Positions 51,340 through 63,189 of a DNA stretch of 64,000 nucleotides are shown piece by piece. The stretch is from assembly GCF_006345805.1 (NCBI RefSeq), contig NC_043007.1:54746001-54810000 (forward strand), in the 5' to 3' direction. A model generated the notes under the pieces. The model worked only from the letters and a program-made list of their open reading frames with translations. It made no database searches and was not told the origin of the DNA. Each line of letters begins with the position of its first letter. Positions within the stretch are counted from its first letter, which is position 1. The DNA comes from Octopus sinensis. Its lineage: Eukaryota. A program made the translations under genes and the position numbers.

Positions 51340-52560
51340 TGCCTTTTATGACTTATCAGGTTGGAATGAAAGTTGTGTCTGATTCTGAAGTCTTTATTTA
51401 TTAATGAGAAGCTTATGTTTATAGAAATATTTAATTATTAACATAACACCCATTATTTTGTAGACCATCATTCCATCTGTTGGCAAACTTATAGATGTAA
51501 AATTCTTTAGGTTTTGATGCAAAGTATGATACCAATTCCTTTTCAGCCTCTTCTCTCAATGTCTTCCTAAAACCATCGAAATAGTTTTGTAATCTCTGAA
51601 ACAAGTGATAATCAGAAGATGCAAGGTCAGGAGAACATGGAGGATGAAGCAGTTTCTCCAAATGGAGCTCTTCTAAGAGATCCTTAATAAATTGTGCAGT
51701 GTGTGGGCAGGCATTATCATGATGCAGAATGACTCCCTTTCTATTGACTAAGGATGGGCGATTTTTGTGCAAAGCTGCTTCCAAATGATGAAGTTGATTG
51801 CAATAGAAATTGGTGTTGATTGTTTGTTTATTGTCTAGCAGTTCATAATGGATAATTCCTTGAATATCCCACCATACAATCAGCATGATCTTCTTTGGAT
51901 GAAGTCATCCTCTTGATTGCTGAGCAAGTCTGCTTCTTCAACTGATCCATTGACAATGGCAGTTAAAGTTAAAGATCCACTTCTCATCACCAGTAACAAG
52001 CTTATCCGAAAATGGCATTTGATGTTATCACGTAAGCAATGTCTCACAACAGGCAACAGATCATCGCAGATTCTTTGGAGACAGGCCATTTTCTAACTAC
52101 TGAAACCTTTTCAGTTCTTTTGAGTTTGCGTAGGATAGTTGTATGGCTTACTTTAAATTTCTCAGTGAGTTCTCTAGCACCAGTGACAGGTTTTTGCTGT
52201 AATAACCGCTTCCAACTCTTGAGAATTGAGAGCTTTTGACTGGGTCAGTCAAAAGCTCTCAATTCTCAAGAGTTGGAAGCGGTTATTACAGCAAAAGTCT
52301 AAGCTGAAGTTACTACTTCAAAAATGGGAAAATCACTTTCTCTAATTTTTTTTCATTCACTACATCATCTCCATAATTGCTCTGAATGTATTTTGCTGCT
52401 GCACTCACATTGACACCTTTATCAAACTTGTAGAGTAGAGCATGTCTAATGTGTTCTTTAGTTGGGATGAATATCGAAGAAGATTGTGAATAATATTCTT
52501 TTAACATGGAAGAAAATATAAATTACTCATTGTTTCAGTCTATGATTGATAACAAGAGGC
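51340..52560 (-). mobile_element. Mariner (DD34D) transposase pseudogene
   Basis: HIRHALLY.F.KG, VMRSG.L (VTGDEKW region), ML.VWWD.QGIIHYELL, ILHHDNA.PH, HPP.SPDLA.SDYHLF. Confidence 0.92.
52192..52296. repeat. Perfect 50-bp inverted repeat, 5-nt loop (gggtc)
   Basis: 52192-52241 is the exact reverse complement of 52247-52296. Confidence 0.95.
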
Positions 52561-52806
52561 ATTATTTTAATAAATGTTGTCTAAAATTTCATCTGATATT
52601 TCATAAATTCACTTCTGTTCAGTCTACATCTTTAAATCATATCTTTATTTGCTTATTTCTTGTTTAACTTATTCATGTTAACGGATCCACTTCTCATCTT
52701 TTTAGTTTTAAAAAGTGTTTCCAAATTCTTATTAACATTGATGAGTTTATCTAATACTGAATTGAACTGAAGTACTTCACTTTTCTGTTTTATTCTCTAT
52801 TTTTAG

Positions 52807-52909
52807 ACACACTTCATTCTTTTGGATTTGATTGGCAGTTCCAATATAGTTTTCCATAACTATTTCCCTCAAGAAACAGACAGACTATTTCAAAATCTTG
52901 TAAAAATTG
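52807..52909 (+). CDS. QPCT: QPCT-family exon with LLDLIG motif, followed by a GC donor
   Basis: ttttag acceptor, 103 nt (34 codons + 1). Encodes THFILLDLIGSSNIVFHNYFPQETDRLFQNLVKI. The donor is G|gcaagt, and phase 1 matches the next exon. Confidence 0.92.
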
Positions 52910-53429
52910 GCAAGTACATCAGTTATTAAATTGATTTGGTTATTTATATCAATTTGGCCATACCATTTTATTAAATTTTAAAAATCTTTTAATTTTATGT
53001 AATTTGTTCATAAAGAACTTTTAAAATCACATGTGGACTAACTGGCACACTACGTTTACAACTGTACTGTGTATATGTGACCTTAACATTCAGTTTAATT
53101 ATTGGTCCAGATTTTAGTACAAGGCCAGCTATCTGGAATGCAGTGGGTATTCAATTACATCAGCCTCTGTATTTTACTGATACTTTATTTTATTAACCCT
53201 GAAAGGATGAAAGGTAAAGTTAATCTCAGGAGTGTTTGAGCTTAGCACATAAAGAGCCAGAAGAAATTCGGTAAGAATTTTGTCTGATGCGCTAACAATT
53301 CTGCCAGCTCATTGCCTTGACCTTCAGTAGGCACATCTTGGTACTTCACATAATCATCAATCTAGACATGGTTGAGTGAACAGATGTTTACACTACATTT
53401 GGTGGTTTGTCATAGTTTGAACAACAAAG

Positions 53430-53600
53430 CATTTAGAAGAGCAGTGTGTTTGTGTGAAATTCTGTTACAAATTGGAAAAAACTTTTAGAGACTTTTCTAA
53501 TGTTACAACAGCTGTCAGATTGAGAAGGGTATACACCGAAAATGGTCCCAAATCTAACAGCCTTCTGCAGTAACTGATGACTTTTCTTCCTTAATAGAAC
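53430..53600 (+). mobile_element. Mariner N-terminal fragment
   Basis: EQ.VCVKFCYKLGKT..ETF.ML resembles mariner HTH starts. Confidence 0.5.
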
Positions 53601-55298
53601 AGAGTTCTGAAAGTGTTATGTTTCAGGCTCTTACCCCCACCACTGCCTTTCTGCTCTTACAGACTATCCAACCATGTCATTTTACTCTCTTGACCCTCCT
53701 CCTGACAACTGTATCATACATGTATCTTACTACTCTGGCTGCCCCTTCCCAACTCTCTTCTGCATATCTCTATCTTCCCCCGCTCATTTTTTTTTTTATT
53801 CACTCACCCTTTAACCCTACCCATTTTAGAAGTTTGCCCCCATTCCTTCTTCTTCCTGTTAGTACACAACAATGTTGGTCCTTCATCATCTCTATTTTGA
53901 GGTGCAGCATCTTAAGATCATTTTCACTACTTTTTTCCAAATCTTCCTTGATCTTCTTTTTACTCATAATCTATCCACTTTGAGTGTTTGGCACTTCTTT
54001 ACAGATGCCATCCTTGATAGGCCTCACTTTCTTGTATAAGCACAGTCTTTGAATTTATTTGTATTCATTCATACACATTAATCTTTGTGCACACTCTTTC
54101 ACACCCACTTCTACCTTGCGGGGCCACCTGGACCATTATCACCATTATCTCTTGCAGCTCCTATTGATCATTTTCACTTCTTCTCTCGCTTTCTTCTGCT
54201 AGATGTGAGTAGCCATATAGATCTCTACAAGATCCCGCTCTGTACTCCACTTCTTACAGTAATCCTTCATCTTCTAGCATAAAGCTTCCCCCTCCCCTTG
54301 AATTTGTACTCTTGCAAACTGCATGGCAACTTCAGTAGTGCTGGTGACATGAAAAAAGTACCTGGTCCATGCTGTAAAGTCGTTGGTGTTTGGAAAGGCA
54401 TCCAGCTGTGGAAACCATGCCAAAGCAGACATTAAAGTATGATGCAATCCTGCAATACAGCAGATCCTGTCAAACTGTCCAAACCATGCCAGCATGGAAC
54501 ATGGATATTAAATGGTGGTGGTGGTGACCGCGGTTGCTGCTGACCGCGGTTGCTGCTGCTGTTATTGTAACCTATGAAAATCTTTAACTGTTTTGGTAAA
54601 GTAGTCTTCTTCAGTACTGCTTGTTACCAGTAATTCTGGCCCTTCATCATCTCATTTTTGTGGTACATCTTGAGATCATTTTTCACTCATTACTTTATTC
54701 CATATCTTCCTTGATCTTCTTTCACAGATTCTATCCACTTAGAGTGTTTGGCACTTCTTTACAAATGTTATCCTCCATAAGCATCACTTTCTTGTATAAA
54801 CAGTCTTCTGTCTTTCACATTACATCAATTTTTCTTATATTGAAGTTGTTTGTGCTCTGTCATTCATACACACTAATTACACATCCAGCAAAGTATGTTT
54901 GCCTTATTTCTTTCTAATCTTCACAAATCCTCTGCTTTCAAAGTCAGTGTCTCAATACCACATAGCATCATACTTCATACATGAGCATCTTACAATCTAC
55001 CCTTTACTGTGAGAGAGATACCCTTTGCACCCAGCAGATGTAATAATCCCCTGAACTTTCTCCAGCCTGTCCCTACTCTTGCTGGTATGCTGCTGATATA
55101 CTTACATCTAATGATAATTAGATCACTGAGGTAACAAAAACTGTTGACTACTTCTAATGATTCTCTGAATACTAGAGGGTGTTATCTTGAGTCTATTTAT
55201 GTGTTGGGGATTAAATTAAGAAATGTGAACTTTTAATAGTAATCTTGTAATTCTTTTCTTTTAATTACAATATATTATGATTTTCATCTAAATTTTAG

Positions 55299-55430
55299 AG
55301 CACTTGCTTTTAAGACGAAATCTTCAATACCGTGACCACTACAATATGTATAAGTCAATGTTCTCAACTGAACTATTACAATTCCCTCTGTATGGCATAC
55401 AAGATGATCATGTGCCCTTTGCTAAGAAAG
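55299..55430 (+). CDS. QPCT: QPCT-family exon with IQDDHVPF motif
   Basis: ttttag acceptor, 132 nt, phase 1/1, gtaagt donor. Encodes (E)HLLLRRNLQYRDHYNMYKSMFSTELLQFPLYGIQDDHVPFAKK(G). Confidence 0.94.
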
Positions 55431-55929
55431 GTAAGTAGATAAAAGTTATAGACTAAATTTATAATAATAATAATAGTTTCAAATTTTGCCACAGGGGCAG
55501 CAATTTTGGGGAAGGGGTTAAGTTGATTACATCAACCCCAGTCTACAACTGGTATTTATTTCATCAACCCCAAAAGGATGAAAGACAATGTCGACTTCAA
55601 CAAAATTTGAACTCAGAACATGGAGATGAAATGACATTAAGCATCTTGCCTGGCATGCTAACAGTTCTGCCAGCTCACTGTCATCATCATCATCATCATC
55701 GTCATCATTCTTTAGTTTTTAATTCAGTTTACTTTAGTTTATCATTGTATTCTGCTACAAGGAATAATGATAGATTGACTCCAGAATTAAAATAAATCAT
55801 ATTCATTCTTTCAAACGAAATTTCCTTTTTTAACAAAATAAACTCTGGTACAACTAGTGAAAGGTTTGTTTTGTTTCTCTAATTATATTTGTTTCTAAAA
55901 GTTTATAAATTCACTTATTGCGTACAAAA

Positions 55930-57225
55930 TTAGGGTGTCCGATCAATTCTTCATCATTTAATTTGACCTGGGTCAATTCATTGTCAGTCAATTCGAGATC
56001 CTAGGAAAAATGGAAGAACAAATATCTGAATTAAAAAACGTTTATGTTAAGGTTTGCTGTTTTACATATTTAAGATTGTGTGCAATTGCTTTTAGCAAAA
56101 TAACTTTTTTGGCTTGGATCATGTTTTTCCACATTCTTTTATACGCTCCAGAAATCCATTATGGGCTGCTTTTTCAAAATCCATAATTATATTATCAGGT
56201 CCCTCATTCTGCAGTAGTTCATTTATTTTGGCAAAAAGTCTACTATATGTGTCTTGACTTTTGTCAGAGAGCAATGCTAACAATCGTGGGGCATTAAAAT
56301 TTATCATTTTGAATGTGAAGTATATATAACTGAAAAAATATACTAGAGCAGAACTTAAATGTTCCATCTGCCACTCAGTTCTTGTGCTGTTTTAACTGTC
56401 GAAGTGCTTCGTCACTAGCAAATATTACTATTCGTTTTGAATCTTTCATCCTGCTGTCATACTGTAAAAACATTTCACCATTGTCAAGGTAGGAGTATTC
56501 ACTTGGAATGGAAAATCCAACATTTGTAAGTGCTGTGGCAGGTTAGTTGGAATCAGCTTGCCTCCAACGTCTATTATTCCTATTAAGCTGTGCAGATGGA
56601 GGTATTTGCAACAATGTACAGTCGTTTAAATTCTGAACTTAACTAGCGATAATTGAGCGAGGAGATCATGAGATGAAATCGATTTTACTTTAATATTTGA
56701 AACTATTGTCCTTACATTTACCTCTGCAGCAGTTGAAGCATGATTATAGATCCCAGTCTTCTTAAGCGCGTTATAATTTTCATCTGTATGAACTCTCGCT
56801 TTGCACACTTGTGTATATCTTCGCACCTCCAGTATATCTTCAATCCATCTGCATTCTGCTTATTTTTTGTGTATATATAATTTTCTTGATCGACCACTTA
56901 GATTTTGCCTTTTTCTGAAGTTATGATCTTGCAAGTAGTCATGTTCTGGACAATTGTATTGAATAAATTTAATTCGATTTGCTTGAAAATATTTGTTCGT
57001 AAACTGTTCAGTGCAGATAATACTTAAGAGAGAGTGGGGGTGGAGTTAAAGAAAGGGAAAAATAATATCTAAAACTGTCCAACAAATTTAATTCTAAAAT
57101 GATTGTTCTAAACTTTCTCTTGAAAATCACATTTAAGATTATTTGGGGATGAATTGATTAACGAGAAATTGACTGGGGACCAATTAACTGACGACAAAAT
57201 AACCAGGGATGAATTGTCCTAGTAC
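55930..57225 (-). mobile_element. MULE (Mutator-like) transposon remnant
   Basis: CKARVHT...K....NH (FLYWCH-like) and ALL.DKSQDTYSRLF...P..IIMDFEKA (MULE DDE). Degenerate gaattgac-rich inverted termini at about 55935-56000 and 57150-57220. Confidence 0.65.
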
Positions 57226-57253
57226 TCAAAATTAGTACGCTTGTTAAAAAGGG

Positions 57254-57307
<54 letters not shown>

Positions 57308-57349
57308 ATGTATGTGTGTGTGTGTATGTATATATATATATATATATAT

Positions 57350-57620
57350 ATATCATCATCATATGTCTGCTTTCCATGCTGGAATGGGTTGGACAGTTTG
57401 ACTGAGGATTGGTAAGCCAGAAGGCTGTACCAGGCTCCAGTCTGATCTGGCAAGATTTCTACAGCTGGATACCCTTCCTAATGCCAGCCACTCTGAGAGT
57501 GTGTTTTTACATGCCACCAGCATGAGAGCCAGTCAGGTGGTACTGGCATTGACCACTCTTGAATGGTGCTTTTTACATGCCACTGGAATAGGAGCCAGTC
57601 AGGCAGTTCTGGCAATAATC
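57350..57620 (-). repeat. RTE-LINE 3' tail copy flanked by (TA)n
   Basis: catcatcatcatatgtctgctttccatgctgg...gctggatacccttcctaatgcc. Confidence 0.8.
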
Positions 57621-57625
57621 ATATA

Positions 57626-57657
<32 letters not shown>

Positions 57658-57659
<2 letters not shown>

Positions 57660-57905
57660 ATAATAAATATTAGGGAATAAATCCAAAATTACAGGGAAAA
57701 AAAATCAGATTTAGGATTAAATCCAATTTTATAGTAAAATATTATATAATATTAATTCGAGACAAAACCACTATTTTGCAAAACAAACAAGGAAAGACTT
57801 AATCAATACATAAAAAATTTTAATATAAAGTAAATAAATCGCCACTACAATTGTTTCATGTCTTCAAATGACATTCGTCAGGTGGATTTCCGATCTAAAA
57901 ATATC
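57658..57905 (-). repeat. PLE pseudo-LTR, downstream copy
   Basis: Matches 63753-64000 except tttaggattaa versus tttaggaataa. The true length may exceed what the window allows comparing. Confidence 0.92.
57842..57885 (-). ncRNA. Minimal type I hammerhead ribozyme (downstream pLTR), identical to 63937-63980
   Basis: Same 44-nt sequence, 6095 bp away. Confidence 0.9.
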
Positions 57906-58109
57906 AATATTTTAAAATATAAAATTAAAATAATATAAATTTATCAATGAAAGAATATAAATATATATAATCTATATGTAATATAATCAACATATAATCT
58001 AAAACAAACCCTATAAACAATTGAATATAAAGATACCTATTATTAAAGTTCTCATATTTAAAGATGTACAAAAAAACAAAAAACAAAATAAACTATATAT
58101 ACACACATG

Positions 58110-58636
58110 CAATGGAATTTGTTGAACATCAATGGAATTTGTTGAACATCAATGGAATTTGTATCCTTGTGGTACCAGTGCCGGTGGCACGTGGCACACA
58201 AGAAAACCATCCGAACATGGCCGTAGCCAGTACCGCATCGACTGGCCTCCGTGCTGTGGGCACGTAACAAGCACCATCCGATCGTGGCCGTTTTGCCAGC
58301 CTCATCTGGCACCTGTGTCGGTGGCACATAAAAACACCATCCGAGCGTGGCCGTCTGCCAGCCTCGTCTGGCACCTGTGTCGGTGGCACACATAAAAACA
58401 CCATCCGAGCGTGGCCGTTTTGCCAGCCTCGTCTGGCACTGTGTCGGTGGCACATAAAATCACCCACTACACTCTCGGAGTGGTTGGCGTTAGGAAGGGC
58501 ATCCAGCTGTAGAAACACTGCCAGATCTGACTGGACTGGTGCAGCTTTCGGGCTCCCCAGACCCCAGTTGAACCGTCCAACCCATGCTAGCATGGAAAGC
58601 GGACGTTAAATGATGATGATGATGATGATGATGATG
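58110..58636 (+). mobile_element. RTE-LINE 3' UTR/tail copy with tandem stem-loop units, nested in the PLE 3' region
   Basis: Units at 58205-58460 match those at 28088-28395; ends in (gat)n at about 58612-58636. Confidence 0.85.
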
Positions 58637-58639
58637 CTC

Positions 58640-60960
58640 ATACACATATATCTAAGTATAAATAACCATATCTAAATACATACACTAACTCACACACCTA
58701 TATATATAACTCTATACATACACATAAAAAACATCTAGGCAACGATAAATTAATAAAATAGCCAAATACTTCAACACATTACTTATTCATACTCCCTCAC
58801 ACACACATACAACCCACATTCATAAACAATATACATATACCCTCTCACACATACATATACATACGTACAGAACTCGATATATACACCAATATATTCACAC
58901 CCACACCCATACAGATAAATAAATTACACAAACAAACACACACACACATTCACACATACATAGACACTCAAAGGAAAACAAAAAATTCATTGCGCGTGGT
59001 AAGCGAACATTATTTAAAAATTATGAATGGAATATTATGGAATAATATTTTAATCAACGTAAATAGACAGAATTTACTCCAAAAATCATTAATAAACCAA
59101 CCATGATAAATGAATCCCTTATATACATATAATGATAAAACTCCCTTTACCATACACAATAATACCTATATAGCAATCCCCATAAACCTATACATTCACA
59201 CACAGACACACACGTAAAACACACACCCACAACATATACATATACCCACTCACACATACATATACATACATACAAAACTCGATATATACAACAATATATT
59301 CACACCCACACTCATACAGATAAATAAATTACGCAAACAAATACACACACACATACACATTCACACATACATAAACACTCAAAAGAAAAACAACATTTCT
59401 ACACATAACACGATATATAGAACACTCCATAAGTAACCAGATTAACATAAGTAACAATATTAACATAAGGAGAAAAAAATACATACCTTCTAGTCAGTTT
59501 TAATTTATGAAGTGAATTTAAACTCTAACCGTTATAACGTTTACAAAATTACGTTACCATAGAAACCGAACATATTTATAAAAATTCTTTGCGCTTGGTG
59601 AACGAACGTTATTTAAAAATTATGAATGGAATTATAAAAATTCTTTGCGCGTGGTGAAAGAACGTTATTTAAAAATTATGAAATGGAATAGAATGGAATA
59701 ATATTTTAATCAACGTAAAAGACAGAATTTACTACAAATTCTTTAATAAAACAACCATGATAAATGAAACTCAAATATACATATAATGATAAAACCTCCC
59801 TTTACCAAACACTATAACATACCTATATAGCAATCCCCCTAATCTATACATTCACACACAAATACACACACGTAAAACACACACCCACTACTTATACATA
59901 TACCCACTCCACTCACACCTACATATACATACGTACAAACCCGATATATACACCAAAATATACACACCCACACCCATACAGATAAATAAATATATATATC
60001 CATAAAAATGGGTGCAATCCCACACACATCAATCATGCATGTATACAAGTGCATACACAAGCACACACTTTTACATAGCAATCATGCACTCCCTCATCTA
60101 CACATGCACTTATACACGCGCACATGCACACACACCCATGCACATGCATATTCACGGACACTCTCCTAAACATCTAAATATACATATAAATGGCTACAAA
60201 CAATACCCAATAAAAAACTACCATGATCAACATACCAAGCTATAATACATGGGGACTAAATATACTAAAAAATTCTTTAATAAAACAATCATGATAAACG
60301 AAATCCATACATACAAATATAAAGATAAAACCCCCTTACCAAATACACAATACACACAAATACACACACATATATACACACACCCACAAACATAACCATA
60401 TACACACTCACACATACAAATACATACGTACAAAACTCGATATATACACCATATACATTCCCACACCAATAGATTATTAAATAAATACATATACAAACAT
60501 AAATATATATATATATATAAAATATATATATATATATATATATATACATTCACACATATCATCACATACACAAATATATAAAATACTCTCTCTCACAAAA
60601 GTAAACAAATATTTAATAAATGTATATATGAGTGTGTACACGCAGACGGGTGCAATCACACGCACATACAAACATGCATGTATACAAGTGCATAAATAAT
60701 CACACTCAATTACATAGCACTCATACACTCCCGCATCTACACTTGCACTTGTACACATGCACACATGCATACACACCCATACCTACATATTCACGGACAC
60801 TCTCCTAAATATCTATATAAACGTATATTGCAACAAACAATACCCAAATAAAACTGCCATATCAACATACCAAAAATAATACAAGGGGATTGTAAACATT
60901 CACACATACATACAAAACTCAATATATACACCACTAAATACGCCCAAATCATCCATAAAT
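58640..60960. repeat. Degenerate tandem array (about 400-660 bp units) of CA/TA-rich sequence in the PLE 3' region
   Basis: Anchor aac(t/c)c(g/a)atatatacac recurs near 58871, 59276, 59938, 60433 and 60916. accatgataaa-like anchor recurs near 59100, 59755 and 60290. Confidence 0.75.
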
Positions 60961-61254
60961 AATATATATCCACGTATATACATATAACATATACATAATA
61001 AAATAAATAAATAAATAAATAAGTAAATAAAATAAAAGAAATCTAATATAAATAAATAAAGTTTTAACTTACCAAACTCAATATACCATAAACTGTTATA
61101 TATTAATATACATTAATAATAAATTAATGAAAACAAAGAAATACCAATTAAAGACTAACTATAATTAAAGCCTAAACTACATAACTAAAAATATATGGTA
61201 CTCTAAACTAAAATTAATATTAAACTAAAGTAACCTATAATAGGGAGCTATTAA

Positions 61255-63189
61255 TTATTTATCATGAAACTTATTATATAGGTAAAGTAACCTATGTCTG
61301 CATTTTATTTTGCACTCTTCACCTGTATTAAGTAAATTATCATACTTATAAAATAAAATTTCTTTAAACTCATTAGAGCATAAATAACAACAATTCGCTC
61401 CTATAGTATATGATTTAGTTTTACAAATTATTTCCCATGTTAAACTATAATTAATATTTTGTGATTTAAGTCTCCAAATGTACTTACTAAGTCCAATGGA
61501 GTTGATTAAGTTTTTATTTTTAAAAGAATTCAGATGTTGTGCGATTCTTAATTTTATTTTAGAGGAAGTAGACCCTATATAAACCGCTTTTGGGTAATTA
61601 TTATTCTTAAAGTTATTATCATGTAATGTAACTATACATTTATACACTACATCGTTAATATCACATTTATTATTTAATTTACATTTAGATTTATCTCTAC
61701 AAGTACAATTAATATATGTCTTATCTTTATTATTATTATCAAATAATTTATTTTTATAAAAATTATTCAATTTAAATTTATTAAATGAAGAAATAATGTT
61801 ACCTACATTATTAGTAGTGGAACAACCTACTCCAAAATTATTACTAGAGAAAATGTTTTTATATTTACGATTATCTCTAATAAAAAGTTCTATAATATCT
61901 AAAATCTCTTTGATAATATTCGTTTTTACTTGATCACCATAAGGAACTATTAACCAAATTTTATTCTTATTAACCTTATTACTATCATTGTCATTATTAT
62001 AATTATTATATTTATAATTCTTTATCTTATTAAAATTATTAACAGAATTATATCTATGTACAGCATTTAAGGAATTATTAATATTATTAATTTTATCAAT
62101 ATTATTATTATTATTATTAAATTTATTTTTATTATTCTTATTTTTATTTTTATAATTTCTAATATTTTTACCACTAATACTAACAAAATTATAATTATTA
62201 TTATTATAATTATCTCGAAAATAATTAGTTATATCTTTATCTTTAATATTATAAAATTTAATATTCCTATTATAACCAGCCCCTCTAAGGGCCTCATTAT
62301 AATAAGTAGCATGTTTATTAAAAATCTCTATATCATAAGAGAGTAATGAAATACGTTTACTTATATTATTAATCAAAGATTTTTTAATAGAATGTGGGTG
62401 ATTACTATTAACATTTATATATCTAAGGTTCTCATTAATTTTATGAAATGGTTGTGTTTTACCTGTAATTAGATTAAAATTAACATCTAAATAATTAACA
62501 TTATAATTCTCCTTATATATAGTAATACTTAAACCATATCTTTTAAAGAAACTATATAGTTTTTTCTTATATACTTCTAGATTCCTATTAGTACAATTCT
62601 TTGTAATTAGTAGAAGATCATCTCTATATAAACCACCCTCTATCTTAAGATTTTCTAATTGGAGTTCAGATAAAAGAAAAATACCTACTAAATCAGTAGC
62701 TTGTGCAGAATCTGGTGCTCCCATAGGTATATCAAAACAATCTCTAGTATCATTCCTAGCCCATAACTTATTTTTATATTTAATGAGCGATTTCCTAGCC
62801 ATTTTAATTACATTAACTTCTTCAAGTGACATTCCCACTTTATTCATTGCGAAAATAAGGGCTTTATTAAACACAATTTCATTAATAGAAGAATAATAAT
62901 TATCTATATCTATTTGAATAAATTTATAACGATTTTTATCTTTAATATTATTAAACCATTTCAATGTATTGTTATTACTAAACCATAATTTTAAATAATT
63001 AAGTTTATTTAATTTATTAATATATTTATCTAAAATAAATTTACTTAATTTACCTAGGTCAGATTTACATGGGCAAATTAATCTAACTTTAGGGTCTGAA
63101 TAAAAATTATCTTTATGGTCTTTAAGAGTAATTCTGGGGTGTAAAGGTACATAAGGTTCAGTTTTATTATCCAATTCATATTTTAACAT
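61255..63189 (-). CDS. PLE reverse transcriptase + GIY-YIG endonuclease (main open segment, 644 aa)
   Basis: RT motifs ITLKDHKDNF..PKVRLICPCKSDLGK, IQIDIDNYYSSI, IPMGAPDS, LYRDDLL. EN with CTCR...C...C zinc cluster, VVY..., YIGST...K.R..QH, C..C and CRH. Confidence 0.93.
   Translation of the reverse strand: MLKYELDNKTEPYVPLHPRITLKDHKDNFYSDPKVRLICPCKSDLGKLSKFILDKYINKLNKLNYLKLWFSNNNTLKWFNNIKDKNRYKFIQIDIDNYYSSINEIVFNKALIFAMNKVGMSLEEVNVIKMARKSLIKYKNKLWARNDTRDCFDIPMGAPDSAQATDLVGIFLLSELQLENLKIEGGLYRDDLLLITKNCTNRNLEVYKKKLYSFFKRYGLSITIYKENYNVNYLDVNFNLITGKTQPFHKINENLRYINVNSNHPHSIKKSLINNISKRISLLSYDIEIFNKHATYYNEALRGAGYNRNIKFYNIKDKDITNYFRDNYNNNNYNFVSISGKNIRNYKNKNKNNKNKFNNNNNNIDKINNINNSLNAVHRYNSVNNFNKIKNYKYNNYNNDNDSNKVNKNKIWLIVPYGDQVKTNIIKEILDIIELFIRDNRKYKNIFSSNNFGVGCSTTNNVGNIISSFNKFKLNNFYKNKLFDNNNKDKTYINCTCRDKSKCKLNNKCDINDVVYKCIVTLHDNNFKNNNYPKAVYIGSTSSKIKLRIAQHLNSFKNKNLINSIGLSKYIWRLKSQNINYSLTWEIICKTKSYTIGANCCYLCSNEFKEILFYKYDNLLNTGEECKIKCRHRLLYLYNKFHDK

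Noticed and set aside
59839-60973. Several short Cys/Val/Tyr-rich minus-strand ORFs
   Set aside because: Translations of (TG)/(TA) low-complexity sequence in the PLE 3' array.
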